This document shows positions 40,085 through 47,968 of a stretch of DNA of 49,132 bases, piece by piece. Made by a program: the position numbers and the translations under genes. The first letter of the stretch is position 1; every line of letters starts with the position of its first letter. Under the pieces are notes generated by a model. That model did not search any database and had not been told where the DNA came from. It saw only the letters and a program-made list of their open reading frames with translations. This DNA comes from Bacteroidales bacterium (GTDB lineage Bacteria > Bacteroidota > Bacteroidia > Bacteroidales > VadinHA17), in assembly GCA_031396165.1 (NCBI GenBank), contig JANNKF010000170.1, positions 1 to 49,132 on the forward strand. The letters run 5' to 3'.

Positions 40085-40588
40085 ATGATCAGACGTATTT
40101 TTTCATTAGTAATGATTGCTGCGATTTTTACATCATGCGGCAATACCGGTAAGAAGGAAGTTTCCGCAACAGCTGAAGGAACAGAAAATGCTGTTAAAGT
40201 GGAATTTGCATCTCTTGTTGAAAACCCCGACAATTTCGTAGGGAAAAATATTGTAGTTTCTGGCAAAGTTGTACATGTATGCACCGTAAGTGGCAAAAAA
40301 TTATTTATTGTTGGTGAAAATCCTGATGTCAGGCTATTTATTGCAGCCGGAGAAAATATGCCAAAATTTCCTTTGGAACTTCTTGGAAGCGAAGTTACAG
40401 TTGAAGGTACTATTACAAAAGCAGGAGGAGCACCCGCAATGGCAGCCGGTGAAAACCATGCAATGCAAGTTGCGGAAGCCAAGGCTGCACCTATGGCTGC
40501 AGACACCTGCGAAACAGAGACAGCTCTTGCAAAACAATCTTCACTTGCCAACATTATCATGGACTACAAAAGCCATACTGTAAAATAG
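40085..40588 (+). CDS. Hypothetical lipoprotein (Ala-rich C-terminal half)
   Basis: 167-aa ORF with lipoprotein signal MIRRIFSLVMIAAIFTSC. An antisense 160-aa ORF (40078-40560) exists, but it has no signal or start context and is explained by GCN-rich codons. Confidence 0.6.
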   Translation: MIRRIFSLVMIAAIFTSCGNTGKKEVSATAEGTENAVKVEFASLVENPDNFVGKNIVVSGKVVHVCTVSGKKLFIVGENPDVRLFIAAGENMPKFPLELLGSEVTVEGTITKAGGAPAMAAGENHAMQVAEAKAAPMAADTCETETALAKQSSLANIIMDYKSHTVK

Positions 40589-40611
40589 AAAATATTAAAA
40601 TTTGAAATTAT

Positions 40612-40667
40612 GTAGGGACATGCCATTGCATGTCCCTTATTTTAGACATGCCGTGGCATGTCCCTAC
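40612..40667. repeat. REP-like GTAG-plus-hairpin palindrome (family F7); first hairpin plus T-tract may terminate the upstream gene
   Basis: GTAGGGACATGCC (40612-40624) is complementary to GGCATGTCCCTAC (40655-40667). The internal hairpin GGGACATGC-CATT-GCATGTCCC (40615-40636) is followed by TTATTTT (40637-40643). Confidence 0.75.
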
Positions 40668-40683
40668 ATTTAATAATACCCGA

Positions 40684-41235
40684 ATGAATCTCTCTAAAAT
40701 GAACCGGATCACACATCGTGATATAGGGTATCTTATTGCCGGACTAACAATTATTTATGCTATCTCCGGTATTGCACTCAACCATAAAAACAACTGGAAT
40801 CCAAATTACATCTTTGTTATCAGGACATTTAAGACAGAGGTTCCTGTTGCGAGAGAAACGTTTAATGATGAAGTTGCAAAAAGCATTCTCAGAAGCATAG
40901 GTGCTGATCAGGAATATAAGACATTTCATTTCCCGTCAGGAAACAAAGTTACAATGTTTGTCGATGGCGGCTTTGTACAGCTAAACACGGTTACAGGCGA
41001 AGGAGCAGTAGAAATAATCAGTAAAAGACCGTTATTTTACCAGATCAATTTTCTCCATTATAACCCTGGCAAATGGTGGAAATATTTCAGTGATATCTTT
41101 TGCCTGGCACTCATAATGGTTACAATAACCGGACTTTTTATAATTAAGGGCAAAAACGGTATAACTAAAAGGGGAGCGATCCTGACAATAATCGGAATCC
41201 TTCTCCCCTTAATTTTTCTGTTAATTTATAAATAA
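40684..41235 (+). CDS. PepSY-associated TM-helix-like membrane protein, tentative
   Basis: The track ORF (from 40630) starts inside the F7 palindrome. The ATG at 40684 gives MNLSKMNRITHRDIGYLIAGLTIIYAISGIALNH, which is the H-R-x-x-G plus TM pattern of PepSY_TM proteins. A second TM lies near the C-terminus. Confidence 0.4.
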   Translation: MNLSKMNRITHRDIGYLIAGLTIIYAISGIALNHKNNWNPNYIFVIRTFKTEVPVARETFNDEVAKSILRSIGADQEYKTFHFPSGNKVTMFVDGGFVQLNTVTGEGAVEIISKRPLFYQINFLHYNPGKWWKYFSDIFCLALIMVTITGLFIIKGKNGITKRGAILTIIGILLPLIFLLIYK

Positions 41236-41308
41236 GGCTTTAGGCGTCGGGCATCAGGCATCAGGTAAAAAGTCAGATACCTATTGCCTGTTGCCTGTTT
41301 CCTGTAAC

Positions 41309-43462
41309 CTATATCTTTTTCAGCGCCTCCAGCACTCTTGCAGGTGTCATCGGCATCCTGTAAAGTCTTGCTCCGGTAGCATCATAAATTGCATTGGCAA
41401 TTACAGCGCCGATAACAACTATAGCAGGTTCGCCTCCGCCCTGGGGAGCCTTGTCTTTCCTGTCAAGAATTACAGTGTCTATTTTAGGAAGCCAGGAGAA
41501 TTTCGGAATATTATAAGTATCAAATCCTCTGTCGATAATTTTACCTCCTTCAAAGAAAAGTTCTTCTGCAAAAGTATATCCCAGCCCCATCATTATACAT
41601 CCTTCCATCTGAATGGTGGCTCCTTCAGGATTAACACACAAACCCATATCCTGTGCACAGGCAATTCTTAAAACAGTCACCTTACCGGTAGCTCTGTCTA
41701 CCTTTACCTCAGCCATATGAGCCACCCATGTTCCGGCATCGGTACCGACTGCCACTCCGATGCCCCGTCTGCTTGGAGACTTAGCGGCAACATAACCGAA
41801 TTTTTCAGCTACCGCTTTAAGGCAGCCGATCATCTTTTCGTCTTTAAGGTTTTTCAGACGGAATTCAAGAGGATCAATTCCCGCTGCAGAAGCCATAATA
41901 TCAATCTGAACCTCACGTGCAAAAGTATTTGTATTTGCATTAGGTCCACGCCATGGTCCGGTACTGAACGGATGAACCGGAGGTGCCTCCCTGTTGCGGC
42001 TATAGTCGGTTGTCTTTGCGTTCGGAACATCATAGAGTGTTTCGGAACCTCTTGTGCCGGCAAAATATACATGATAATCCCAGAGTTTTATCATTCCCTC
42101 TTTATCAATTCCCGACTTAATTTTTATTACTGCTGCAGAATGAAAATTATCATAGAAAAACTCCTCATCACGCGTCCATAAAACCATAACCGGTTTACCG
42201 GCAAGTTTAGCCAGCTTTGCAGCCTCAATGCCCTGCTGATAAGCACTCTTTCCACCGAAACCACCACCCACAAACGGGACTATCACCCTTACCTTATCGA
42301 GAGTCAATCCAAGTTCCCTTGAAAGTGCATCCTGTAATGGATAAGGTGTCTGGGTTGCGGCCCAAACAGTCATTTTGCCATTTTCCAATTGCGCAAGAGC
42401 AGTATGGGTTTCCATCGGGGCATGTGCCAGATACGGATCGTGAAATTCCGATTCAAAAATCTTTTCGGATTGCTGACGTCCAATCTCGAGATCTCCCTTT
42501 GTTCTGCCTACATTGGCCCTTGAATCAACCTTAAGCATCCATTCAAAAATTGTTTTATCGTTAACAGGCATCTCATTGAATGAGTATTCTGCTTTTATTT
42601 TAGAGAGAGATGTGCCGGCTTTTTCCCAGCTTTCATGCAAAACAGCTACCAGATCTCCCTGGCGAATAATTTTTACGCCCGGATCCTTTTCTGCCTCAGA
42701 ATAATTTACCGTAGTAAGTTTTGCACCATGCGACGGTGGCCTGAGTATTCTTGCATAGACCATACCCGGAAGTTTCATGTCGCCGGTATATTTTGCAGCT
42801 CCCGTAACTTTCAGATTAGCATCGCTGTGAATGTAAGATTTGCCTACATACGTGAATTTAGTATAATCCTCCGGAGTTGGTTTTACATCAAGGAATTTTT
42901 CAATTCTCTTACCCTTGGCCAGTTGACCATAACTCGCTGAATTTTTAGAATTCTTTGTATCGGTTATAATCCCTTCTTTTACTTCAAGTTGTGTTGCAGG
43001 AACTCCCAGCTGCACAGATGCGAGATCCAGAAGCACGCCTCTGGCTTCCGCTGCTGCTGCCCTCATTGCAGGACCAAAGCCCCTTGTAGTCATTGATCCC
43101 CAGGTACCTCCGTCCCATGGACAAAGATCCGTATCACCCATAACCATCTTAATTTTTTCAAGAGGAACATTCAACTCATCTGCCATCATCTGTGGCAGGG
43201 AGGTAATGATGCCCTGTCCCATTTCAATTTTTCCTGTAAAACAGGTTACCATGCCATCCCCGGCAATCGACAGAAATGCATTATAGTCTTTGGGCAGGCT
43301 TCGTGCCTGATCTCCCGGAAGTCCCAGTAAATCTATCGCACCCCAAGGCCGGAAAAAGATTATTATACCGCTCCCGAGAATTTTGAAAAAGTCACGTCTT
43401 GGTATTCCACTGCGCCCTGTGGATGCAGATTTATCAATATTTGCCATTGCTTCTTTTTTCAT
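41309..43462 (-). CDS. Xanthine-dehydrogenase-family molybdopterin-binding large subunit (IorB/aldehyde-oxidoreductase-like) with Tat signal
   Basis: 717-aa ORF with Tat motif GIPRRDFFKILGSGIIIFF. Typical blocks GKIEMGQGIITSLPQMMADEL, VPFVGGGFGGKS and GGGEPAIVVIGAVIANAIYDATG. Confidence 0.85.
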   Translation of the reverse strand: MKKEAMANIDKSASTGRSGIPRRDFFKILGSGIIIFFRPWGAIDLLGLPGDQARSLPKDYNAFLSIAGDGMVTCFTGKIEMGQGIITSLPQMMADELNVPLEKIKMVMGDTDLCPWDGGTWGSMTTRGFGPAMRAAAAEARGVLLDLASVQLGVPATQLEVKEGIITDTKNSKNSASYGQLAKGKRIEKFLDVKPTPEDYTKFTYVGKSYIHSDANLKVTGAAKYTGDMKLPGMVYARILRPPSHGAKLTTVNYSEAEKDPGVKIIRQGDLVAVLHESWEKAGTSLSKIKAEYSFNEMPVNDKTIFEWMLKVDSRANVGRTKGDLEIGRQQSEKIFESEFHDPYLAHAPMETHTALAQLENGKMTVWAATQTPYPLQDALSRELGLTLDKVRVIVPFVGGGFGGKSAYQQGIEAAKLAKLAGKPVMVLWTRDEEFFYDNFHSAAVIKIKSGIDKEGMIKLWDYHVYFAGTRGSETLYDVPNAKTTDYSRNREAPPVHPFSTGPWRGPNANTNTFAREVQIDIMASAAGIDPLEFRLKNLKDEKMIGCLKAVAEKFGYVAAKSPSRRGIGVAVGTDAGTWVAHMAEVKVDRATGKVTVLRIACAQDMGLCVNPEGATIQMEGCIMMGLGYTFAEELFFEGGKIIDRGFDTYNIPKFSWLPKIDTVILDRKDKAPQGGGEPAIVVIGAVIANAIYDATGARLYRMPMTPARVLEALKKI

Positions 43463-43464
43463 GC

Positions 43465-43941
43465 TTATTTCCCTCCTTTCATTTCAGTGGAAGCCGTCTT
43501 AACAGCCTCAACGATCCTTACATGAGCGCCACAACGGCATAAATTATCTTCCATTCCTTCCTTTATCTGCCCTGTAGTCGGAGAAGGATTTTTAAGTAAC
43601 AAACCAGTTGCATTCATGATCATCCCGGGTGTACAGAAACCGCACTGCAGCGCATCATGCTCAACGAATGCTTTCTGAACAGGGTGTAACTTTCCATTGA
43701 CGGAAAGACCTTCTATTGTAACCACTTTTTTACCGGCAACTTCCCCAACGGGGATCTGGCAGGATCTTACAGCTTCATTGTCTATTAATACAGTACATGA
43801 ACCACAGAATCCCATTCCGCAGCCATACTTGGTTCCTGTAAGCCCGAAATGATCACGCAGCACCCACAAGAGTGTCTGTGCAGGATCGAGCAGGGCTTCA
43901 GTTTTTTTTCCATTTAACTGAAAAGCAATCTTCTGTTCCAT
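43465..43941 (-). CDS. (2Fe-2S)-binding small subunit of the molybdenum hydroxylase
   Basis: 158-aa ORF. Two cluster motifs: GCGMGFCGSCTV and CGFCTPGMIM...CRCGAH. It lies 2 nt upstream of the large-subunit gene. Confidence 0.9.
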   Translation of the reverse strand: MEQKIAFQLNGKKTEALLDPAQTLLWVLRDHFGLTGTKYGCGMGFCGSCTVLIDNEAVRSCQIPVGEVAGKKVVTIEGLSVNGKLHPVQKAFVEHDALQCGFCTPGMIMNATGLLLKNPSPTTGQIKEGMEDNLCRCGAHVRIVEAVKTASTEMKGGK

Positions 43942-43943
43942 AA

Positions 43944-44537
43944 TTACATTTTTTGATTAATTTCCTTTAAATATTCTTCATAAGTATCAAAGTCCCTGAG
44001 TATTTCCTGATCCTCCGTCTCAACCTCCAGAACGTCGTCAGGGAAGAGTTGTGCCAATGATCTCAGGCCTTCATTATCGTTAAGATCCTTAATTTTGTAA
44101 AAGTACTTTCTTCCTATCATCAGCGGGTGTCCGCGCTTTTTATTATTAACCGGTATAACAATCTCTTTTTCAGATGAATTAAATGCTTCTATTACTGTGT
44201 TTGTTACTCCGGAAGTTATAAATGGCTGATCGCCCTGAAAAACCAAAACAGCATTGCAATTCACGGGTATATTTATAATTCCGCATTTCACTGATGAAAG
44301 CATTCCAAGTTTGTAATTATCATTATAACAGAGTATTACATTCGATTTTATAATCAATTCCGTAATCTTCTCCTTCTCTGCCCCCAAAACTACCAATGTA
44401 TTATCGATATTCGATCCGGTAACATTTTCAATAACCCTCTCCAGCATACTCTTTCCGTTAAAGTTAAGAAGCATTTTCGGAAATCCCATTCTTTTTGATT
44501 CCCCTGCTGCAAGTATTATCGCCCAGATCTCTCCCAT
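43944..44537 (-). CDS. Nucleotidyltransferase, MocA-like molybdenum cofactor cytidylyltransferase
   Basis: 197-aa ORF with N-terminal AIILAAGESKRMGFPKMLL motif. Context is between XdhC and the hydroxylase subunits. Confidence 0.7.
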   Translation of the reverse strand: MGEIWAIILAAGESKRMGFPKMLLNFNGKSMLERVIENVTGSNIDNTLVVLGAEKEKITELIIKSNVILCYNDNYKLGMLSSVKCGIINIPVNCNAVLVFQGDQPFITSGVTNTVIEAFNSSEKEIVIPVNNKKRGHPLMIGRKYFYKIKDLNDNEGLRSLAQLFPDDVLEVETEDQEILRDFDTYEEYLKEINQKM

Positions 44538-44550
44538 TCTTAAATTCTAT

Positions 44551-45696
44551 TTACTCCCGATTTCGGATTTCGGATTGCGGATTGCGGATTTGCTGAGCCT
44601 GTCGAAGCACCGACTTCGGTCTTCCGTCTTCCGACTTCCTGCTATTCTTCACCATTACCAGCTGGGCAGCAATACTAACTGCAATCTCCTCTACTGTTTG
44701 CGATTTTATCTCAATGCCAACAGGCGCATAAATTGTATTCCACTGGGAATCAGTCGCCCATCCATTGTCGATAAATTGTTTTCGCATTTCTGCAATCTTC
44801 TTTCTGCTGCCGATCATACCTGTATATGCCAAACCGGCACCTATGCATGGTTTTAATGCTGCGGCATCATCTTTATGTCCGCGAGTAACTATTACAACAT
44901 AAGTATCATCGCTTTTTTCAATACTAAGCATCGCTTCCCCGATATTACCGACAATTATATGGCTGGCATCAGGTAAATTATAACTGTTAGCATATTCCGG
45001 ACGGTCATCTATCACTGTTACTTCAAAGCCCAGCATAATTCCCAGATGAGAAAGTGATCTTCCGATGTGGCCTGCTCCGGCAATTATCAGTCTGGGTAAG
45101 GGAAGAACCGGCTCAAGATAAAATATTGAAGCAGGTTTCTCACCGGTTAAAGACAATTTCAATTCTCTGTAATCTGAAGGGTCAGCTTTTGTAATAATTG
45201 AATTTACTTCCGGTTCTATCTTCTCCATAAACTCAACCGGTATTTCCGGTTTATTATGACTGTCCATCCAGTACCGGTTTATAAGTACATTATCTTCTGT
45301 AAAATTGGTTACCATAGTTATAAGTACACCGGGTATTCTTTTCGAGAGAGATCTTTTCACCTTTTCAAAAACGGAGTAATAATTCAGGAGATTCGAATCA
45401 ATCAATATTCGTATCTGGCCACCGCAAATTGCCTGATCAACATCGGTAATATTATTTGCAAGATTGAAATCTATATGATATGATTTTTTCGATATTATTG
45501 ATTCGCTGACCAGTTTCTGAACTGAGCCCTCAACAATTCCTCCTCCTACCGTACCAGCTATCAGACCCTCTTCGCTGAATAACGCCGAGCTCCCCGGTTT
45601 CTGAGGTGTGGATCCCTCAGCTGAAGTTACTGTAGCAAGTACCAGTGGTGAATTACCGGATTGATTTTCAAGAATCTGAAGGTAAATATTTTTCAT
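44551..45696 (-). CDS. XdhC/CoxI-family molybdenum-hydroxylase maturation factor (repeat-encoded C-terminal tail)
   Basis: 381-aa ORF. N-terminal block LATVTSAEGSTPQKPGSSALF...GTVGGGIVEG. Rossmann block RLIIAGAGHIGRSLSHLGIMLGFEVTVIDDRPEY. The last ~30 aa (SRKSEDGRPKSVLRQAQQIRNPQSEIRNRE) are encoded by heptamer repeats at 44556-44641. Confidence 0.8.
   Translation of the reverse strand: MKNIYLQILENQSGNSPLVLATVTSAEGSTPQKPGSSALFSEEGLIAGTVGGGIVEGSVQKLVSESIISKKSYHIDFNLANNITDVDQAICGGQIRILIDSNLLNYYSVFEKVKRSLSKRIPGVLITMVTNFTEDNVLINRYWMDSHNKPEIPVEFMEKIEPEVNSIITKADPSDYRELKLSLTGEKPASIFYLEPVLPLPRLIIAGAGHIGRSLSHLGIMLGFEVTVIDDRPEYANSYNLPDASHIIVGNIGEAMLSIEKSDDTYVVIVTRGHKDDAAALKPCIGAGLAYTGMIGSRKKIAEMRKQFIDNGWATDSQWNTIYAPVGIEIKSQTVEEIAVSIAAQLVMVKNSRKSEDGRPKSVLRQAQQIRNPQSEIRNRE
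44556..44641. repeat. Two opposed heptanucleotide tandem arrays (family F8) inside the 3' end of the XdhC ORF
   Basis: 44556-44590: CCCGATT TCGGATT TCGGATT GCGGATT GCGGATT. 44614-44641: CTTCGGT CTTCCGT CTTCCGA CTTCCTG, whose reverse complement is the TCGGAAG type. Confidence 0.85.
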
Positions 45697-45745
45697 TCAG
45701 CCGGGATATTTCTATATTAGGTTTCTACCAGAAAGGGTCTTTTAA

Positions 45746-45753
45746 CAAATATA
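45746..45753 (-). promoter_or_regulatory. Candidate Bacteroidota -7 promoter box (TAnnTTTG) for the XdhC operon
   Basis: The plus strand reads CAAATATA, which is TATATTTG on the minus strand. It lies 50 nt upstream of the ATG at 45696. Confidence 0.35.
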
Positions 45754-45801
45754 GGAGAAATTGATTTATTATCTCTAATTTTATGCATTATACAATACTA
45801 T

Positions 45802-45907
45802 TTAACCGCAAAGCACACAAAGTATTAGCAAAGCACGCAAAGGCATATAGCTGTATTAATTTTCTTTGCGATCTTTGCATTCTAAGCTTAGCGTCCTTTG
45901 CGGTTAA
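45802..45907. repeat. 106-bp palindromic element bounded by TTAACCGCAAAG / CTTTGCGGTTAA (family F4 relative)
   Basis: TTAACCGCAAAG (45802-45813) and CTTTGCGGTTAA (45896-45907) form a perfect 12-bp inverted repeat. The left half is rich in CAAAG words (GCAAAGC, CACAAAG, GCAAAG, CGCAAAGG). The right half is rich in CTTTG words (CTTTGCG, CTTTGC, CCTTTGCGG). Confidence 0.85.
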
Positions 45908-45958
45908 TGGATTTAGTTTTTAAATAACCAATTTAAAAGAAATTATATTAATTGAATC

Positions 45959-47551
45959 ATGAAATCAATAATTTCCAAAATCTCATTGTTTGCCTCTATA
46001 ATTATTATACTGATTACCTGCAAATCGCCTGTAAACAACCAGGTTCAGGAAGAACCGGATACCGACTGGATAGAGGAGCTAACAATTGTTCAGCTTCAGG
46101 ATGGTTATAAGAATAGTAAATATACTGTTACAGAGATAGTTAACATCTATATCGACCGGATAATAGAAATAGATAAAAACGGACCGGGGCTTAATTCAAT
46201 AATAGAAATAAATCCGGATGCCCTTCAGATTGCACAGGAACTTGATGCAGAACTGGCAGCCGGTAAAAGCAGAGGTCCAATGCATGGCGTCCCTGTAATA
46301 TTAAAAGACAATATTGATACCCACGATAAAATGCCAACTACTGCCGGAGCCACAGTGCTGAGAAACTCATTCCCTTCTGCCGACAGTTTTGTGGCTAAAA
46401 AACTACGTGAAGCCGGCGCGGTAATTATCGGAAAATCAAATCTGAGCGAATGGGCAAATTTCCGTGCAATGATGTCGTCGAGTGGATGGAGCGGTGTTGG
46501 CGGACAAACGAAGAACCCTTATGTTCTCGATCGGAATCCCTGTGGTTCGAGCTCCGGATCAGGTGTTGCAGTTGCTGCAAACCTCTGCATGGTGGCTATC
46601 GGAACTGAAACTAACGGTTCAATTGTTTGCCCTTCAAATAATAATGGAATAGTTGGAATAAAACCGACTGTCGGACTGATAAGCCGGTCAGGGATAATTC
46701 CGATAAGCTTTACTCAGGATACACCAGGTCCGATGGGAAGAACAGTTGAAGATGCGGCAATTGCACTGGGTGCCCTGACAGGTGTCGATACTTCTGATTC
46801 CAAAACAGTTGCATCAGAGGGAAAATCACACACTGACTATACAAAATTTCTAAAGAAAGATGGACTTTCCGGAAAACGAATAGGTCTTCTTAAAAAATCG
46901 ATGGGCTTTTCAGATAAGGTGGATATACTTATGAATGAAACAGTTGCATTTTTACGGGCAAACGGCGCTGAGGTTATAGAGATTGAATTCCCGAAAGGGG
47001 AAAATTATGAAGATGCCTCTTTTGAAGTCATGCTTTTTGAATTTAAAGATGGCTTGAATAAATACTTTGCCGGACTGGGAGATAAGGCTCCTGTAAAAAG
47101 CCTCAATGAACTGATCGAGTTTAATAAATCTGACAGTATCGAACTGAAGTTTTTTGATCAGAAATTGCTTGAACTCGCAGAAAAGAAAGGGCCGGTTGAA
47201 GCACCTGAATACAAGAAGGCTCTGGCGCTCATGTTAAGAGCAACGCGCGAAAATGGAATAGATAAAGTTATGAATGCTAATAAACTGGATGCAATTTTAG
47301 CACCAACCGGCTCCCCGGCATGGAAAACAGATCTCCTTCTTGGTGATCATTTTACAGGTGGCAGCTCTTCACTCGCAGCAATATCAGGCTATCCTGCAAT
47401 TACAGTTCCTATGGGTTTTGTAGATGATCTGCCGGTTGGAGTTACTTTTTTCGGTAAGGCATGGAATGAACCGCTTCTGCTCGAAATAGCATACAGCTAC
47501 GAACAGGGAACCCGGCACAGAAGAGCGCCAAAGTATATTGTTTCAGACTGA
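45959..47551 (+). CDS. Amidase-signature family amidase, lipoprotein/secreted
   Basis: 530-aa ORF with signal MKSIISKISLFASIIIILITC. AS-family blocks GVPVILKDNIDT and NPCGSSSGSGVAVAAN. Confidence 0.9.
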   Translation: MKSIISKISLFASIIIILITCKSPVNNQVQEEPDTDWIEELTIVQLQDGYKNSKYTVTEIVNIYIDRIIEIDKNGPGLNSIIEINPDALQIAQELDAELAAGKSRGPMHGVPVILKDNIDTHDKMPTTAGATVLRNSFPSADSFVAKKLREAGAVIIGKSNLSEWANFRAMMSSSGWSGVGGQTKNPYVLDRNPCGSSSGSGVAVAANLCMVAIGTETNGSIVCPSNNNGIVGIKPTVGLISRSGIIPISFTQDTPGPMGRTVEDAAIALGALTGVDTSDSKTVASEGKSHTDYTKFLKKDGLSGKRIGLLKKSMGFSDKVDILMNETVAFLRANGAEVIEIEFPKGENYEDASFEVMLFEFKDGLNKYFAGLGDKAPVKSLNELIEFNKSDSIELKFFDQKLLELAEKKGPVEAPEYKKALALMLRATRENGIDKVMNANKLDAILAPTGSPAWKTDLLLGDHFTGGSSSLAAISGYPAITVPMGFVDDLPVGVTFFGKAWNEPLLLEIAYSYEQGTRHRRAPKYIVSD

Positions 47552-47610
47552 TCAGCTATACGCTGTGAAAATACGGGCTGTTTCGCAAAGTAATCGTGAG
47601 CAGCCTTTTC

Positions 47611-47796
47611 TTATTTAGTTTCTTCTTTTGTTTCAGTGCTTTTCTTTTCAGGCTCATCTTCAACACGTGATGCCTTCTTGAATTCTTTCATACCCTGTCC
47701 GATCCCTTTCATTAGTTCAGGTATCTTACGTCCGCCAAAAAGAAGTACCACAACAAGCAAAATCAGAATGATCTCAGTAGCTCCAAAATTTCCCAT
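47611..47796 (-). CDS. tatA: Twin-arginine translocase subunit TatA/TatE
   Basis: 61-aa [45 protein letters not shown] is the canonical TatA TM helix, FGG hinge and amphipathic helix. Confidence 0.9.
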   Translation of the reverse strand: MGNFGATEIILILLVVVLLFGGRKIPELMKGIGQGMKEFKKASRVEDEPEKKSTETKEETK

Positions 47797-47819
47797 CTTC
47801 TTAAAATTAGGTTAATGGT

Positions 47820-47827
47820 CAAAGTTA
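47820..47827 (-). promoter_or_regulatory. Candidate Bacteroidota -7 promoter box (TAnnTTTG) for tatA
   Basis: The plus strand reads CAAAGTTA, which is TAACTTTG on the minus strand. It lies 24 nt upstream of the ATG at 47796. Confidence 0.35.
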
Positions 47828-47968
47828 AGTATAGTATCAGTTATAACCAAACCAAAAAGGTTAATACAAACTGTTAAAAAATCCTAAAACTGACATCTGC
47901 CATATTTGTTGCCTGAATAAATACTACCTTTAATCCTGGAATCACAAATTTGCGTGAAACTCAATCCT

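Noticed and set aside
40078-40560. 160-aa minus-strand ORF mirroring the 40085-40588 lipoprotein gene
   Set aside because: The plus-strand product has a clean lipoprotein signal (FTSC). The antisense ORF is an Ala/Ser-rich mirror typical of GCN-rich codon regions.
43902-43909. T8 (A8 on the coding strand) homopolymer inside the 2Fe-2S subunit gene as a phase-variation site
   Set aside because: It encodes Lys-Lys in an AT-rich genome, where such runs are common. There is no evidence of frameshift, and the reading frame is intact.
45697-45958. Molybdenum-cofactor riboswitch upstream of the XdhC operon
   Set aside because: The leader between the candidate -7 box (45746-45753) and the ATG is only ~50 nt. 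The rest of the gap is the F4-type palindrome. I could not recognise the Moco RNA motif by eye, and a covariance-model scan would be needed to be sure.
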